DNA of 64,000 nt from an uncultured Gemmatimonadota bacterium. GTDB taxonomy: Bacteria; JAAXHH01. Positions 1 to 9,854 of the stretch are shown in pieces. The position numbers and the translations under genes are program-made. The stretch is from assembly GCA_951812955.1 (NCBI GenBank), contig OX638340.1, forward strand, positions 2,304,001-2,368,000, read 5' to 3'. Every line of letters begins with the position of its first letter. The stretch's first letter is position 1. Under the pieces are notes generated by a model that saw only the letters and a list, made by a program, of their open reading frames with translations, ran no database searches and was not told the origin of the DNA.

Positions 1-126
1 GCTTCCAGGGGAGTCCGCTGGCCGGTTTCAGCGACTGTATCCGTTGCGGAGGATTGGGCCTGTAGGCGACCCTGCATGAGTAAAACGAGCAGCACCGCTA
101 CCAGAAGAACAGGGTATCTGGTCATG
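1..126 (-). CDS. Partial CDS: N-terminal ~42 aa (signal-peptide-like MTRYPVLLVAVLL...) of a small secreted protein that continues beyond the window start
   Basis: Reverse-strand ATG at 124-126. It is a near-identical copy of the N-terminus of the chimeric ORF at 4935..5057. The N-terminus is hydrophobic. Confidence 0.35.
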
Positions 127-237
127 CCAAACCAACTTGTAGGGGGAAATGACGAAAAGAGATGGAACCTGCTTTAACAGATCCAGGTAATGCCTGCAAC
201 CTACCCTTATTCGCGGCCACAGTCAAACAAAAGCGGC

Positions 238-2610
238 CTAATCTCGCCGCAGGGTGTCCGCCGGGTTGAGCATGGCGCTTCGGAAGGTATGCACGCTCAC
301 GGTGAGCAGGGCGGTGGCCAGGACAACCAGTCCCGCCGCGACGAAAGGCGCAGCACCGATCTCCGTCCGGTAGGCGAAGTCCGCCAGCCACTCGTTCATG
401 AGCCACCAGGCGGCCGGCCAGGCGAGGACGTTGCCGATCACCACGAGGACGACGAACTGCCTCGACAGCAGGCCGACTATATCTGAGACCGCGGCGCCCA
501 TCACCTTGCGGATGCCGACTTCCCGCGTGCGGCGCGCGATGTCCAGCGACACGAGTCCATATACACCCAGGCAGGCGATCAGCAGGGCGAATACCGCGGA
601 ATAGGTGAAAATGCGCGCAAGGTTGGCTTCACCCTCGTAGAATCGGGCGATGTCGTCATCAAGGAAGGAATACTCGAAAAGCGATTCCGGGGCGATCTCC
701 ATCCATGCCGCTCTCAACAGATCCAACGTGGCAGGCAGGTCCCGCCCGCTGACGCGTACCAGGAGGAAATTAACACCACCCTGGGTTTCCTCCCCGAAGG
801 AAGCGGGATTCATCGTCAGGATTACCGGCTCTATTTCTTGATGCATCGACTGGTAGTGGTAGTCCTCCAACACGCCGATGACCGTATATCCGTGGGGCAG
901 GGTCCGTCCGAGGGGGTCGTCCCATTCCATCACCCTGGCCGCGGCTTGGTTGATTATACATGACCCGGATTCGTCGTTGCCGAACTCCCGGGAAAAATCT
1001 CGTCCTGAGACCAGGTTCAGCTCTAGCGCCTTCACGTAATCGTAATCCACCGTGAACATATATGCTTCAAGCTTGTTCCCGTCCTTATCTGTATAGGCGG
1101 ACTGACCCAGGCCCCGACCGAAGGTGTTGGAAGCTCCCGTCACCAGGATTACGTTCTCATACGAGTTTATCCTGGATTTATAGACGTCCGCGGAGTTGGA
1201 ATTGGGCCCCATGTGGATGACGATGACGTTTTCCTTGTTGTATCCCAGATCTGTGTTCATGACGAAGTCCAACTGTCGGGTCATGACGAGTATGGAAACA
1301 ACGAGTAAGGCAGACAGGCCGAACTGGACGACCATCAGGCCGCGGATAACCAGGTTTGGGCTCCCGATCCGAACCTGATGTCTGAATACGGCAACGGGAT
1401 TGAAACGGGAGAGGATCAGGGCGGGATAGCTCCCGGACGCCAGGGCAACCAGGCCAGTCAACACTAGTAGCGCGGCGATCGTAGAGCCGTTGGAGAGATA
1501 ATCTAGGACGTATGAGCTTCCCGCCAGCGTGTTGAATACAGGAAGAAACAGGTGGGCCAGGATAACGCCTAAGATGAGGGCGAAGCAACTCAACACCGCG
1601 GTCTCACCCAGGAACTGTTTCATGATCTGGGTTTTCTGCGCACCGAACACCTTCCGCAGTCCAACCTCCCTGGCGCGCGAAGACGATCGGCAGAAGGCCA
1701 GGTTCATGAAATTCACGCAGGCGATGAAAAGAACGAAAAGCGCCGTGCAAATCAGTATGTAAGACCTGTTGGGATCGCTCGTGGTACCCTGGCCAAACCT
1801 CACACCCTGAGCAAGATACATGTCCGTTAAAGGCTGCAATTCCAGGTATGGCGATCCCATCTGTGAAAAATGAGTCTCGACAAAACCCGGCAACTGGTTT
1901 TCAAGCATGTCTGCCATTTCCGGATCCGACAGCTCGACGTAGGTTGAGGAGACACTGTAGTTCCAATTGCCGATCGCCTGATTCGTCCAGTTGTCGATAG
2001 CAAACATTTTGTCGAAGGGGATCAGGAAATCGAACCGTATGCTGGAATTAACCGGAGTGTTCTCTGCTACCCCGGCCACCAAAAACGGTTCACCTCGTAT
2101 CGTGAGTTGCCTGCCCAGGGGGCTTCCCGTCCCAAAATACTTCTCGGCGGCGGACTGGCTGATCACCACCGAGTTCAGTTCGTTCAGGACCGTCCCGGGA
2201 TCACCTTCGATCAATGGGAAGGAGAACACGCTGAATATCGATGGATCGCTATACAGAACGTGTTCTTCCCGGAACACATCATTACCAACACGGACTTCCG
2301 CCCCTCCGGTGGTTCGTATTCGCACGGTCTGTTCGACGCCGGGATACTGTTCCTTAAAGGCAGCGGCAAGTGGAAGAGGGGTAATCCCACTGGTATATAA
2401 GTTATCCTCGAAACCTGATCCACCGACGTTGACCCGGTAGATCCGGTCCGCCTTCTCGTGAAAGGCGTCGTAGGTCCACTCCTGGCGCACGAAGAGAAAT
2501 ACGAGGAGGCTGCAGGCGATGCCGGTGGACAGGCCCAGCGTGTTGATGAAGAAGTAGCCCTTGTTGCCGAACAGGTGCCGAAACGCGATGACAAGGTGGT
2601 TTTTCAGCAT
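238..2610 (-). CDS. ABC transporter permease, FtsX/MacB-like with duplicated FtsX domains (790 aa)
   Basis: N-terminus MLKNHLVIAFRHLFGNKGYFFINTLGLSTGIAC... is typical of MacB/FtsX permeases. A large periplasmic domain lies between TM helices. Two FtsX-type C-terminal TM bundles are present (...IARRTREVGIRKVMGA...). Confidence 0.85.
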   Translation of the reverse strand: MLKNHLVIAFRHLFGNKGYFFINTLGLSTGIACSLLVFLFVRQEWTYDAFHEKADRIYRVNVGGSGFEDNLYTSGITPLPLAAAFKEQYPGVEQTVRIRTTGGAEVRVGNDVFREEHVLYSDPSIFSVFSFPLIEGDPGTVLNELNSVVISQSAAEKYFGTGSPLGRQLTIRGEPFLVAGVAENTPVNSSIRFDFLIPFDKMFAIDNWTNQAIGNWNYSVSSTYVELSDPEMADMLENQLPGFVETHFSQMGSPYLELQPLTDMYLAQGVRFGQGTTSDPNRSYILICTALFVLFIACVNFMNLAFCRSSSRAREVGLRKVFGAQKTQIMKQFLGETAVLSCFALILGVILAHLFLPVFNTLAGSSYVLDYLSNGSTIAALLVLTGLVALASGSYPALILSRFNPVAVFRHQVRIGSPNLVIRGLMVVQFGLSALLVVSILVMTRQLDFVMNTDLGYNKENVIVIHMGPNSNSADVYKSRINSYENVILVTGASNTFGRGLGQSAYTDKDGNKLEAYMFTVDYDYVKALELNLVSGRDFSREFGNDESGSCIINQAAARVMEWDDPLGRTLPHGYTVIGVLEDYHYQSMHQEIEPVILTMNPASFGEETQGGVNFLLVRVSGRDLPATLDLLRAAWMEIAPESLFEYSFLDDDIARFYEGEANLARIFTYSAVFALLIACLGVYGLVSLDIARRTREVGIRKVMGAAVSDIVGLLSRQFVVLVVIGNVLAWPAAWWLMNEWLADFAYRTEIGAAPFVAAGLVVLATALLTVSVHTFRSAMLNPADTLRRD

Positions 2611-2779
2611 GATCGTTTTGCCTCCTGTCGCTTACGAGCTGTAAGCCGGAAAACGTTCCTGAGGAAACACGATCTTGGAATGGCAAAGGGGATCTACGGT
2701 TTCGACCCGTCGATCCCCTGAAAAGTTGCATGTTGGTAACTATTGCGATGCCGGAACTTACGTAGTGCATTCCCGACTG

Positions 2780-4381
2780 TCAGTCAACGACAAACGTGTT
2801 TTCACTACGGCGAAAACTCCTATCATCGCCAAACGAAACATCATAAACCAGTCTATACTCACCGGCGACTTCCGGATCGTATGGGCAAGCGTCGAATTCC
2901 ACCCGTGTGGCCTCGATGTCTTCCCATGTACTGCCCATATCGTCGCTTCGCTGCCATACGGAGTAATGGACCGTCATGGGGATACCTAACGGCTGAGTTG
3001 GGTAGTTGTTTAGTTCAGCACGAAAGAGTGAACTTGCACAGTATTCTATAGTTATAGGAGTATATCCTGGTCCCGTGAATATCAACTTACCGGGCTCGAC
3101 CTTCCAACCTTCCCACGGGACATAGACTATCTCGTCGACTGGCTCGTCGACGCCTTCGCCGCCATCCCCGCCATCCCCGCCTTCACCACCTTCCCCTTCA
3201 GTCGGAACCATGACCGTGATACTCACCATGGCCGACACGTCGCCGGACGCGGCCGTGACTACGGCCATGCCGTTGCCCACCGCTTCTACCAATCCATCCT
3301 CGTCCACGGTGATCACGTTTTCGTCACCGCTCGTCCACGTGACGGCCGGTTCGGCAATGGCATTGTCGTTCCCGTCGCTGACGGAAACCATGAGTTGCAG
3401 GGTCTGTTCGATCTCGGTCAGCGTGGTGGCATCGGGTGCGACCTCGATGCTGATGCCGGCCGGAACCTGGGCGACGGTGATCGACGCAGTCCCCATAGCG
3501 TCTCCGGCCTGTGCCGTGATCTCCGCCATGCCGTTGTCCACCGCGGTCACAAGCCCGTTCTCGTCCACGGTGGCCACGGCGTCATCGGCGCTTGACCAGG
3601 TCACCATCACGTCCTCCATCGCGTTTTCGTGCTGGTCCAGCACGACGGCCGCGAGTTCCACGGTGTCGCCGATCGCTTCCAGCGTGTGCGCAGCGGGCTC
3701 GATCGTCAGGCTCGTCGGCACGGATACGGATACCGTGATGGACGCACTGGCGGACAGGCTGCCGGATGTGGCCGTGATCTCAGCCATCCCGTTACTCACC
3801 GCCGTTACAAGGCCCGCCCCGCTCACGGTCGCCACGGCGTCGTCGCCGCTCGACCAGGTGATGGACTGGCCGGACATGATGTTGTTCCGCTGATCCCGCA
3901 CCGTAGCCGACAACTGTACCGTTTCCCCGATCGCCTTCAGCGTATGGGACGTCGGTGCGACCGTGATCCGGGTCGGCACCGGCTCGGCCACCGTGATGTT
4001 CGCAGTGCCCGTCGCGTTGCCGGACTGCGCCCTTATTTGCGCGGCGCCGTTGGCCACGGCCGTCACCAGGCCATTTCCGCTGACAGTCGCCACCGCGGTA
4101 TTGCTGCTCGACCAAGTCACCGCCTGGCCGGTCATCGGATTGTTGTTCTGGTCCCTCACCATGGCCATCAGTTGCACGGTCGCGCCAATCGTCGCCAGCG
4201 TGTGCGAAGACGGCGTGACAGAAATGCTCGTCGCAACGGGCGCAGGCGGTGGAGCAGGCGGGGTCGGTGTGGACGGCTCGGGACTCGTCGGGCTGCTGTC
4301 CCCGCCACCGCATCCCGCCAGAAAAACCAGGTACAAGGATGCCGTGATCTTGGCGAACACGCGACTGTATGGACCAAACAC
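2780..4381 (-). CDS. Surface lipoprotein with 4 bacterial Ig-like (Big-2) repeats and a distinct C-terminal domain (533 aa)
   Basis: Lipobox LVFLAGC is followed by a Pro/Thr-rich linker. There are four ~85-aa repeats of the type VTPSSHTLATIGATVQL...VTWSS...ATVSGNGLVTAV.NG.A.I.A. A Gly/Glu-rich linker follows, then a ~120-aa C-terminal domain. Confidence 0.8.
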   Translation of the reverse strand: MFGPYSRVFAKITASLYLVFLAGCGGGDSSPTSPEPSTPTPPAPPPAPVATSISVTPSSHTLATIGATVQLMAMVRDQNNNPMTGQAVTWSSSNTAVATVSGNGLVTAVANGAAQIRAQSGNATGTANITVAEPVPTRITVAPTSHTLKAIGETVQLSATVRDQRNNIMSGQSITWSSGDDAVATVSGAGLVTAVSNGMAEITATSGSLSASASITVSVSVPTSLTIEPAAHTLEAIGDTVELAAVVLDQHENAMEDVMVTWSSADDAVATVDENGLVTAVDNGMAEITAQAGDAMGTASITVAQVPAGISIEVAPDATTLTEIEQTLQLMVSVSDGNDNAIAEPAVTWTSGDENVITVDEDGLVEAVGNGMAVVTAASGDVSAMVSITVMVPTEGEGGEGGDGGDGGEGVDEPVDEIVYVPWEGWKVEPGKLIFTGPGYTPITIEYCASSLFRAELNNYPTQPLGIPMTVHYSVWQRSDDMGSTWEDIEATRVEFDACPYDPEVAGEYRLVYDVSFGDDRSFRRSENTFVVD

Positions 4382-4463
4382 TGCTGTCTCCTTTCGGCTA
4401 ATTACTGAAAAGCGGTTCGTTGTAATCTACCGTTCTTGATCTCGATGAACAGATTATCTGACT

Positions 4464-5057
4464 TCATGCACGCAGGCCCTTCATACTCTCCCGGGCCGCT
4501 TCGAGGGTCCGGTCGATGTCTTCTTCGGTATGGGCCAGGGACACAAACCCCGTTTCAAGGCGCGAAGGCGCCAGGTAGACGCCCCGGTCCAGCATATTCC
4601 AGAAGTATCGCCCGTACGTATCCGCGTCTGACGTGGAAGCTGCATCGAAATTGTTGACGGTCTGATCTGTGAAGAAGGTACACATCATGGAGCCCACACG
4701 GGTCAGGCAGGCCGGGACGCCGGCCGCTTCCGCCGCGGCGCGAAGGCCGTCGCCGAGGCGGGCGGCCAGGGATTCCAGCCGGTCGTAGACCCCGGGTTCC
4801 TGAAGCTGCCGCACCGTTTCATATCCAGCGGTCATGGCAAGCGGATTGCCGGACAGCGTGCCGGCCTGGTAAACCTCACCGGCGGGCGCCACGGTTTCCA
4901 TGAACTTTTCCTGGTCGAATAGCGCACGTCCCGCTTCCAGGGGAGTCCGCTGGCCGGTTTCAGCGACTGTATCATCTGCGGTGGATTGGGCCTGGAGGCG
5001 ACCCTGCATGAGAAAAACGAGCAGGACCGCTACCAGAAGTACAGGGTATCTGGTCAT
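4464..5057 (-). pseudogene. Chimeric duplication-junction ORF: signal peptide of the small secreted protein fused in frame to the C-terminal 145 aa of glutamate-1-semialdehyde aminomutase (hemL fragment)
   Basis: Residues METVAPAGEVYQAGTLSGNPL...ESMKGLRA are identical to the C-terminus of hemL at 9855..11144. The N-terminal 50 aa matches the ORF at 1..126. Similarity to unit 2 stops abruptly at ~4903. Confidence 0.6.
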
Positions 5058-5169
5058 GGCAAACCAACTCGTAGGGGGAAATGACGGAAAGAAATGGAAC
5101 CTGCTTTAACATATGCAGGTAATGCCTGCAACCTACCCTTATTCGCGGCCTCAGTCAAACAAATGCGGC

Positions 5170-7541
5170 CTACTCGCTCCGCAGGGTGTCCGCCGGGTTG
5201 AGCATAGCGCTTCGGAAAGTATGCACGCTCACGGTGAGCAGGGCGGTGGCCAGGACAACTAGTCCCGCCGCGACGAAAGGCGCAGCACCGATCTCCGTCC
5301 GGTAGGCGAAGTCCGCCAGCCACTCGTTCATGAGCCACCAGGCGGCCGGCCAGGCCAGGACGTTGCCGATCACCACGAGGACGACGAACTGCCTCGACAG
5401 CAGGCCGACTATATCTGAGACCGCGGCGCCCATCACCTTGCGGATGCCGACTTCCCGCGTGCGGCGCGCGATGTCCAGCGACACGAGTCCATATACGCCG
5501 AGGCAGGCGATCAGCAGGGCGAATACCGCGGAATAGGTGAAAATCAGCGCCAGGTTGTTCTCATCCTGGTAGAACCGTTCTATATCGTCTTCCATGAAGA
5601 AATACTCGTAGGGCGTCTCAGGCGCTGTCCCCTTCCACGCGTCCTCGAGCAGGGAAAGCGTGGTTGGCAGATCCCTGCCGCTGACCCGGACCAGGAGGAA
5701 GCCGTAACTGACCGAAGTGTTACCCATGGATGTGGGATTGAGGGAGAGTATAATCGGATCGATCTCCTGGTGCAGCGACTGGAAATGGAAGTCCTTGACT
5801 ACGCCGATTACCGTATACCCATGGGGCAGTTTGCGCCCGATCGGATCTTCCCATTCCAGCTTCTTTGCCGCGGCCTCGTTGATGATGCACGATTGGAACT
5901 CGTCGTTTACGAATTCGCTGGAAAAATCACGGCCACGGACGAGGTTCAGTTCAAGCGTCTCCAGGTAATCGCGGTCCACGGTCGCCATGAACGCTTCCAG
6001 CTTGTTTCCGTCCGGTCGGTGTAGGCAACCTGGGGCAAGAAATGCCCCTGACCAAAGGTGCTGGAAGTGCCGGAAACCAGGAGTATGTCTTCGTACGGTA
6101 TCACTTTGCTGCGAAAGATCTCCAGGTCGTTTGAATTGAAGGGGGCCTGGATGACTACCACGTTGTGCGGGTTGAACCCCAAATCCCCCGTCCGCACAAA
6201 GTCCAGCTGCCGGGTCATGATGAGAATTGAAATGACGAGCAACGCGGACAACCCGAACTGCACGACCATCAAGCCGCGCACGAAGAGATTCGGCCCTCCG
6301 ATCTGAACCTGTTGCCGGAAGATGGTGACGGGGTTGTAGTGTGAGAGCACCAGGGAAGGATAACTGCCGGAAACCAGGGCGACCAGCACGGTCAAACCCG
6401 TCAGCGCGGCCAGCGTGGATCCGTTCGTCAGGTAGTCCAGCACGAGGGACTTTCCCGCCAGCATATTGAAAACCGGAAGGAACAGGTGGGCCAGGGCCAC
6501 GCTCAGCACCAGGGCGAAGCAGCACAGCGCCGCGGTTTCGCCCAAGTGCTGTCCCATGATCTGGGTTCGGCGCGCGCCGTAAACTTTCCTGACACCGACC
6601 TCTTTCACACGCGAAGACGAACGGCAGACGGCCAGGTTCATGAAGTTGACGCAGGCGATGAATAGTACGAGCAGCGCCGTGCAAATCAGGATGTAGGACC
6701 GGTTGGGATCGCTGGTGGGACCCAGCCCGAATTTGACTTCCTGATCCAGGTAGATATCGGTGATGGGTTGCAGGATCAGATAGGGCGACGAGTAGGCCGG
6801 GAAATGGGTTTCGACGAATTCCGGCAGTTGACTGAGGAGCGATTCTACTCGATCCGGATCCCCGAGTTCGATGAAAGTGGCCGTGGACGAATAGTTCCAC
6901 TTTCCGATGGCATTCGATATCCAGGGGTTTATTTCCGGCGCCTTGTCAAAGGGTATGAGCAGGTCGAACCGAATACTGGAGTTATCCGGTCCGTTCTCCG
7001 CGACGCCGGTTACGGTCAGCGGAATGCCCTGTACCAGGAGCGTCCTGCCCGTCGGAGACTCCTGGCCGAAGTACTTCGCCGCGGCGGATTTGCTGACGAC
7101 CACTGAATTCGCCTCGCCGAGGGCCGTACCGGGATCGCCTTCGATCATCGTGAAGGAGAACATCTCGAAGAAGGACGGATCGCAGAAAAGGGCGTTCTCC
7201 TTGCGGAACGTATCTTCTCCGATGCGAATATCGGATGGATATTCCGTTATGCGCACGGTCCGGACCACGTCGGGATATTGCTGCTCCAGGGTAGCCGCGA
7301 GCGGGAGGGGAGTTCTCGCGCTTATGAACGGGTTGTCGTCGAAATCCACTCCACCGGCTGCGACCTGGTAGATCCGGTCCGATTTCTCGTGGAAGGCGTC
7401 GTAGGTCCACTCGTGGCGGACGAAGAGAAAGATCAGGAGGCAGCACGCGATACCGGTCGACAGGCCAAAAGTATTGATGAAGAAATAACCCTTGTTGGCG
7501 AACAGGTACCGCAACGCGATGACGAGGTTGTTTTTCACCAT
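5170..7541 (-). pseudogene. Second copy of the FtsX/MacB-like ABC permease, apparently frameshifted (two overlapping ORFs 5946..7541 and 5170..6900)
   Basis: The N-terminal 531-aa ORF and the C-terminal 576-aa ORF together align to the 790-aa permease at 238..2610. The reading frame is lost around 6010-6030, where ...AYTDR(T)ETSW in this copy replaces AYTDKDGNKLE in copy 1, consistent with a 1-bp indel. This could be a genuine pseudogene or a sequencing error. Confidence 0.55.
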
Positions 7542-7708
7542 GATCGTATTGCCTCCTGTCGCTTACGCATGCAAGCAGGAAAACGCACCTGGGGAAAGAC
7601 GATCCTGCAATGGCAAAGGGGATCTACGGTTTCGACCCGTCGATCCCCTTAAAGGTTGCATGTTGGTAACTATTGCGATTGGGAACTTACGTTGTGCATT
7701 CCTGACTG

Positions 7709-9772
7709 TCAGGGGATGACAAACGTATTCTCACTACGGCGAAAACTCCTATCATCGTCAAGCGAAATATCACCAACCAGTCTATACTCACCGGCGACTT
7801 CCGGATTGTATGGGCAAGCGTCGAATTCCACCCGTGTGTCCTCGATGTCTTCCCATGTACTGCCCATATCGTCGCTTCGCTGCCATACGGAGTAATGGAC
7901 CGTAATGGTGACACCTAACGGAGTTGGGCGGTTGTTTAGTTCTCCACCTAAGAGTGAACTTGCGCAGTTTACTATAGGTATTGTAGCAAGTCCTGGGACC
8001 GTAAAAACCAACCGACCGGGCTCGACCCGCACACCTTCCCACGGGACGTAGGTGACTTCATCCACCGTAATGGTCACCGTGATGCTCACCATGGCCGACA
8101 CGTCGCCGGACGCGGCCGTAACTTCGGTCATGCCGTTGCCCACAGCTTCTACCAACCCATCCTCGTCCACGGTGACCACGTTCTCGTCACCGCTCGTCCA
8201 CGTGACGGCCGGTTCGGCAATGGCATTGTCGTTCCCGTCGCTGACGGAAACCATGAGTTGCAGGGTCTGTTCGATCTCGGTCAGCGTGGTGGCATCGGGT
8301 GCGACCTCGATGCTGATGCCGGCCGGAACCTGGGCGACGGTGATCGACGCAGTCCCCATAGCGCCTCCGGCCTGGGCCGTGATCTCCGCCATGCCGTTGT
8401 CCACCGCGGTGACCACGCCGTTCTCGTCCACGGTGGCCACGGCGTCGTCGCCGCTCGACCAGGTCACCATCACGTCCTCCATCGCGTTTTCGTGCTGGTC
8501 CAGTACGACGGCCGCGAGTTCCACGGTGTCGCCGATCGCTCCCAGCGTGTGCGCGGCTGGCTCGATCGTGATGCTCGTTGCCACGGGCTCGGATATCACC
8601 ATGACCGTGATACTCACCATGGCCGATACGTCGCCGGATGCGGCCGTAACTGCGGCCATGCCGTTCCCCACCGCTTCTACCAAACCATCCTCGTCCACGG
8701 TGGCCACGTTTTCGTCACCGCTCGTCCACGTGACGGCCGGTTCGGCAATGGCATTGTCGTTCCCGTCGCTGACGGAAACCATGAGTTGCAGGGTCTGTTC
8801 GATCTCGGTCAGCGTGGTGGCATCGGGTGCGACCTCGATGCTGATGCCGGCCGGAACCTGGGCGACGGTGATCGACGCAGTCCCCATAGCGTCTCCGGCC
8901 TGTGCCGTGATCTCCGCCATGCCGTTGTCCACCGCGGTCACAAGCCCGTTCTCGTCCACGGTGGCCACGGCGTCATCGGCGCTTGACCAGGTCACCATCA
9001 CGTCCTCCATCGCGTTTTCGTGCTGGTCCAGCACGACGGCCGCGAGTTCCACGGTGTCGCCGATCGCTTCCAGCGTGTGCGCAGCGGGCTCGATCGTCAG
9101 GCTCGTCGGCACGGATACGGATACCGTGATGGACGCACTGGCGGACAGGCTGCCGGATGTGGCCGTGATCTCAGCCATCCCGTTACTCACCGCCGTTACA
9201 AGGCCCGCCCCGCTCACGGTCGCCACGGCGTCGTCGCCGCTCGACCAGGTGATGGACTGGCCGGACATGATGTTGTTCCGCTGATCCCGCACCGTAGCCG
9301 ACAACTGTACCGTTTCCCCGATCGCCTTCAGCGTATGGGACGTCGGTGCGACCGTGATCCGGGTCGGCACCGGCTCGGCCACCGTGATGTTCGCAGTGCC
9401 CGTCGCGTTGCCGGACTGCGCCCTTATTTGCGCGGCGCCGTTGGCCACGGCCGTCACCAGGCCATTTCCGCTGACAGTCGCCACCGCGGTATTGCTGCTC
9501 GACCAAGTCACCGCCTGGCCGGTCATCGGATTGTTGTTCTGGTCCCTCACCATGGCCATCAGTTGCACGGTCGCGCCAATCGTCGCCAGCGTGTGCGAAG
9601 ACGGCGTGACAGAAATGCTCGTCGCAACGGGCGCAGGCGGTGGAGCAGGCGGGGTCGGTGTGGACGGCTCGGGACTCGTCGGGCTGCTGTCCCCGCCACC
9701 GCATCCCGCCAGAAAAACCAGGTACAAGGATGCCGTGATCTTGGCGAACACGCGACTGTATGGACCAAACAC
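7709..9772 (-). CDS. Surface lipoprotein with 6 Big-2 repeats (paralogue of 2780..4381; 687 aa)
   Basis: The N-terminal ~380 aa are identical to copy 1. There are two extra Big-2 repeats (an internal tandem duplication of repeats 3-4). The C-terminal domain is diverged from copy 1 and the Gly/Glu linker is absent. Confidence 0.8.
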   Translation of the reverse strand: MFGPYSRVFAKITASLYLVFLAGCGGGDSSPTSPEPSTPTPPAPPPAPVATSISVTPSSHTLATIGATVQLMAMVRDQNNNPMTGQAVTWSSSNTAVATVSGNGLVTAVANGAAQIRAQSGNATGTANITVAEPVPTRITVAPTSHTLKAIGETVQLSATVRDQRNNIMSGQSITWSSGDDAVATVSGAGLVTAVSNGMAEITATSGSLSASASITVSVSVPTSLTIEPAAHTLEAIGDTVELAAVVLDQHENAMEDVMVTWSSADDAVATVDENGLVTAVDNGMAEITAQAGDAMGTASITVAQVPAGISIEVAPDATTLTEIEQTLQLMVSVSDGNDNAIAEPAVTWTSGDENVATVDEDGLVEAVGNGMAAVTAASGDVSAMVSITVMVISEPVATSITIEPAAHTLGAIGDTVELAAVVLDQHENAMEDVMVTWSSGDDAVATVDENGVVTAVDNGMAEITAQAGGAMGTASITVAQVPAGISIEVAPDATTLTEIEQTLQLMVSVSDGNDNAIAEPAVTWTSGDENVVTVDEDGLVEAVGNGMTEVTAASGDVSAMVSITVTITVDEVTYVPWEGVRVEPGRLVFTVPGLATIPIVNCASSLLGGELNNRPTPLGVTITVHYSVWQRSDDMGSTWEDIEDTRVEFDACPYNPEVAGEYRLVGDISLDDDRSFRRSENTFVIP

Positions 9773-9854
9773 TGCTGTCTCCTTTCGGCTAATTACTGAA
9801 AAGCGGTTCGTTGTAATCTACCGTTCTTGATCTCGATGAACAGATTATCTGACT

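Noticed and set aside
122-406. 94-aa minus-strand ORFs at 122..406 and 5054..5338, duplicated in both units
   Set aside because: Both overlap the 3' end of the permease genes in a different frame and have a low-complexity Arg/Gly/Pro composition. Their duplication is explained by the segmental duplication itself.
8052-9284. Long plus-strand ORFs (410 aa, 242 aa, 259 aa, etc.) antisense to the Big-2 lipoprotein genes. Similar long ORFs lie antisense or out of frame to many other genes (e.g. 10704..12107, 36018..37430, 43206..44924, 59292..60899, 50304..51197).
   Set aside because: In a ~65% GC genome, stop codons are rare in alternative frames. These ORFs have Arg/Gly/Pro/Ala-rich, low-complexity translations and overlap well-supported genes entirely, so they were treated as artefacts.
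2780-9772. Diversity-generating retroelement targeting the Big-2 lipoprotein C-terminal domains
   Set aside because: No reverse transcriptase or template repeat is present in the window. The differences between the two C-terminal domains are not confined to adenine-templated codons.
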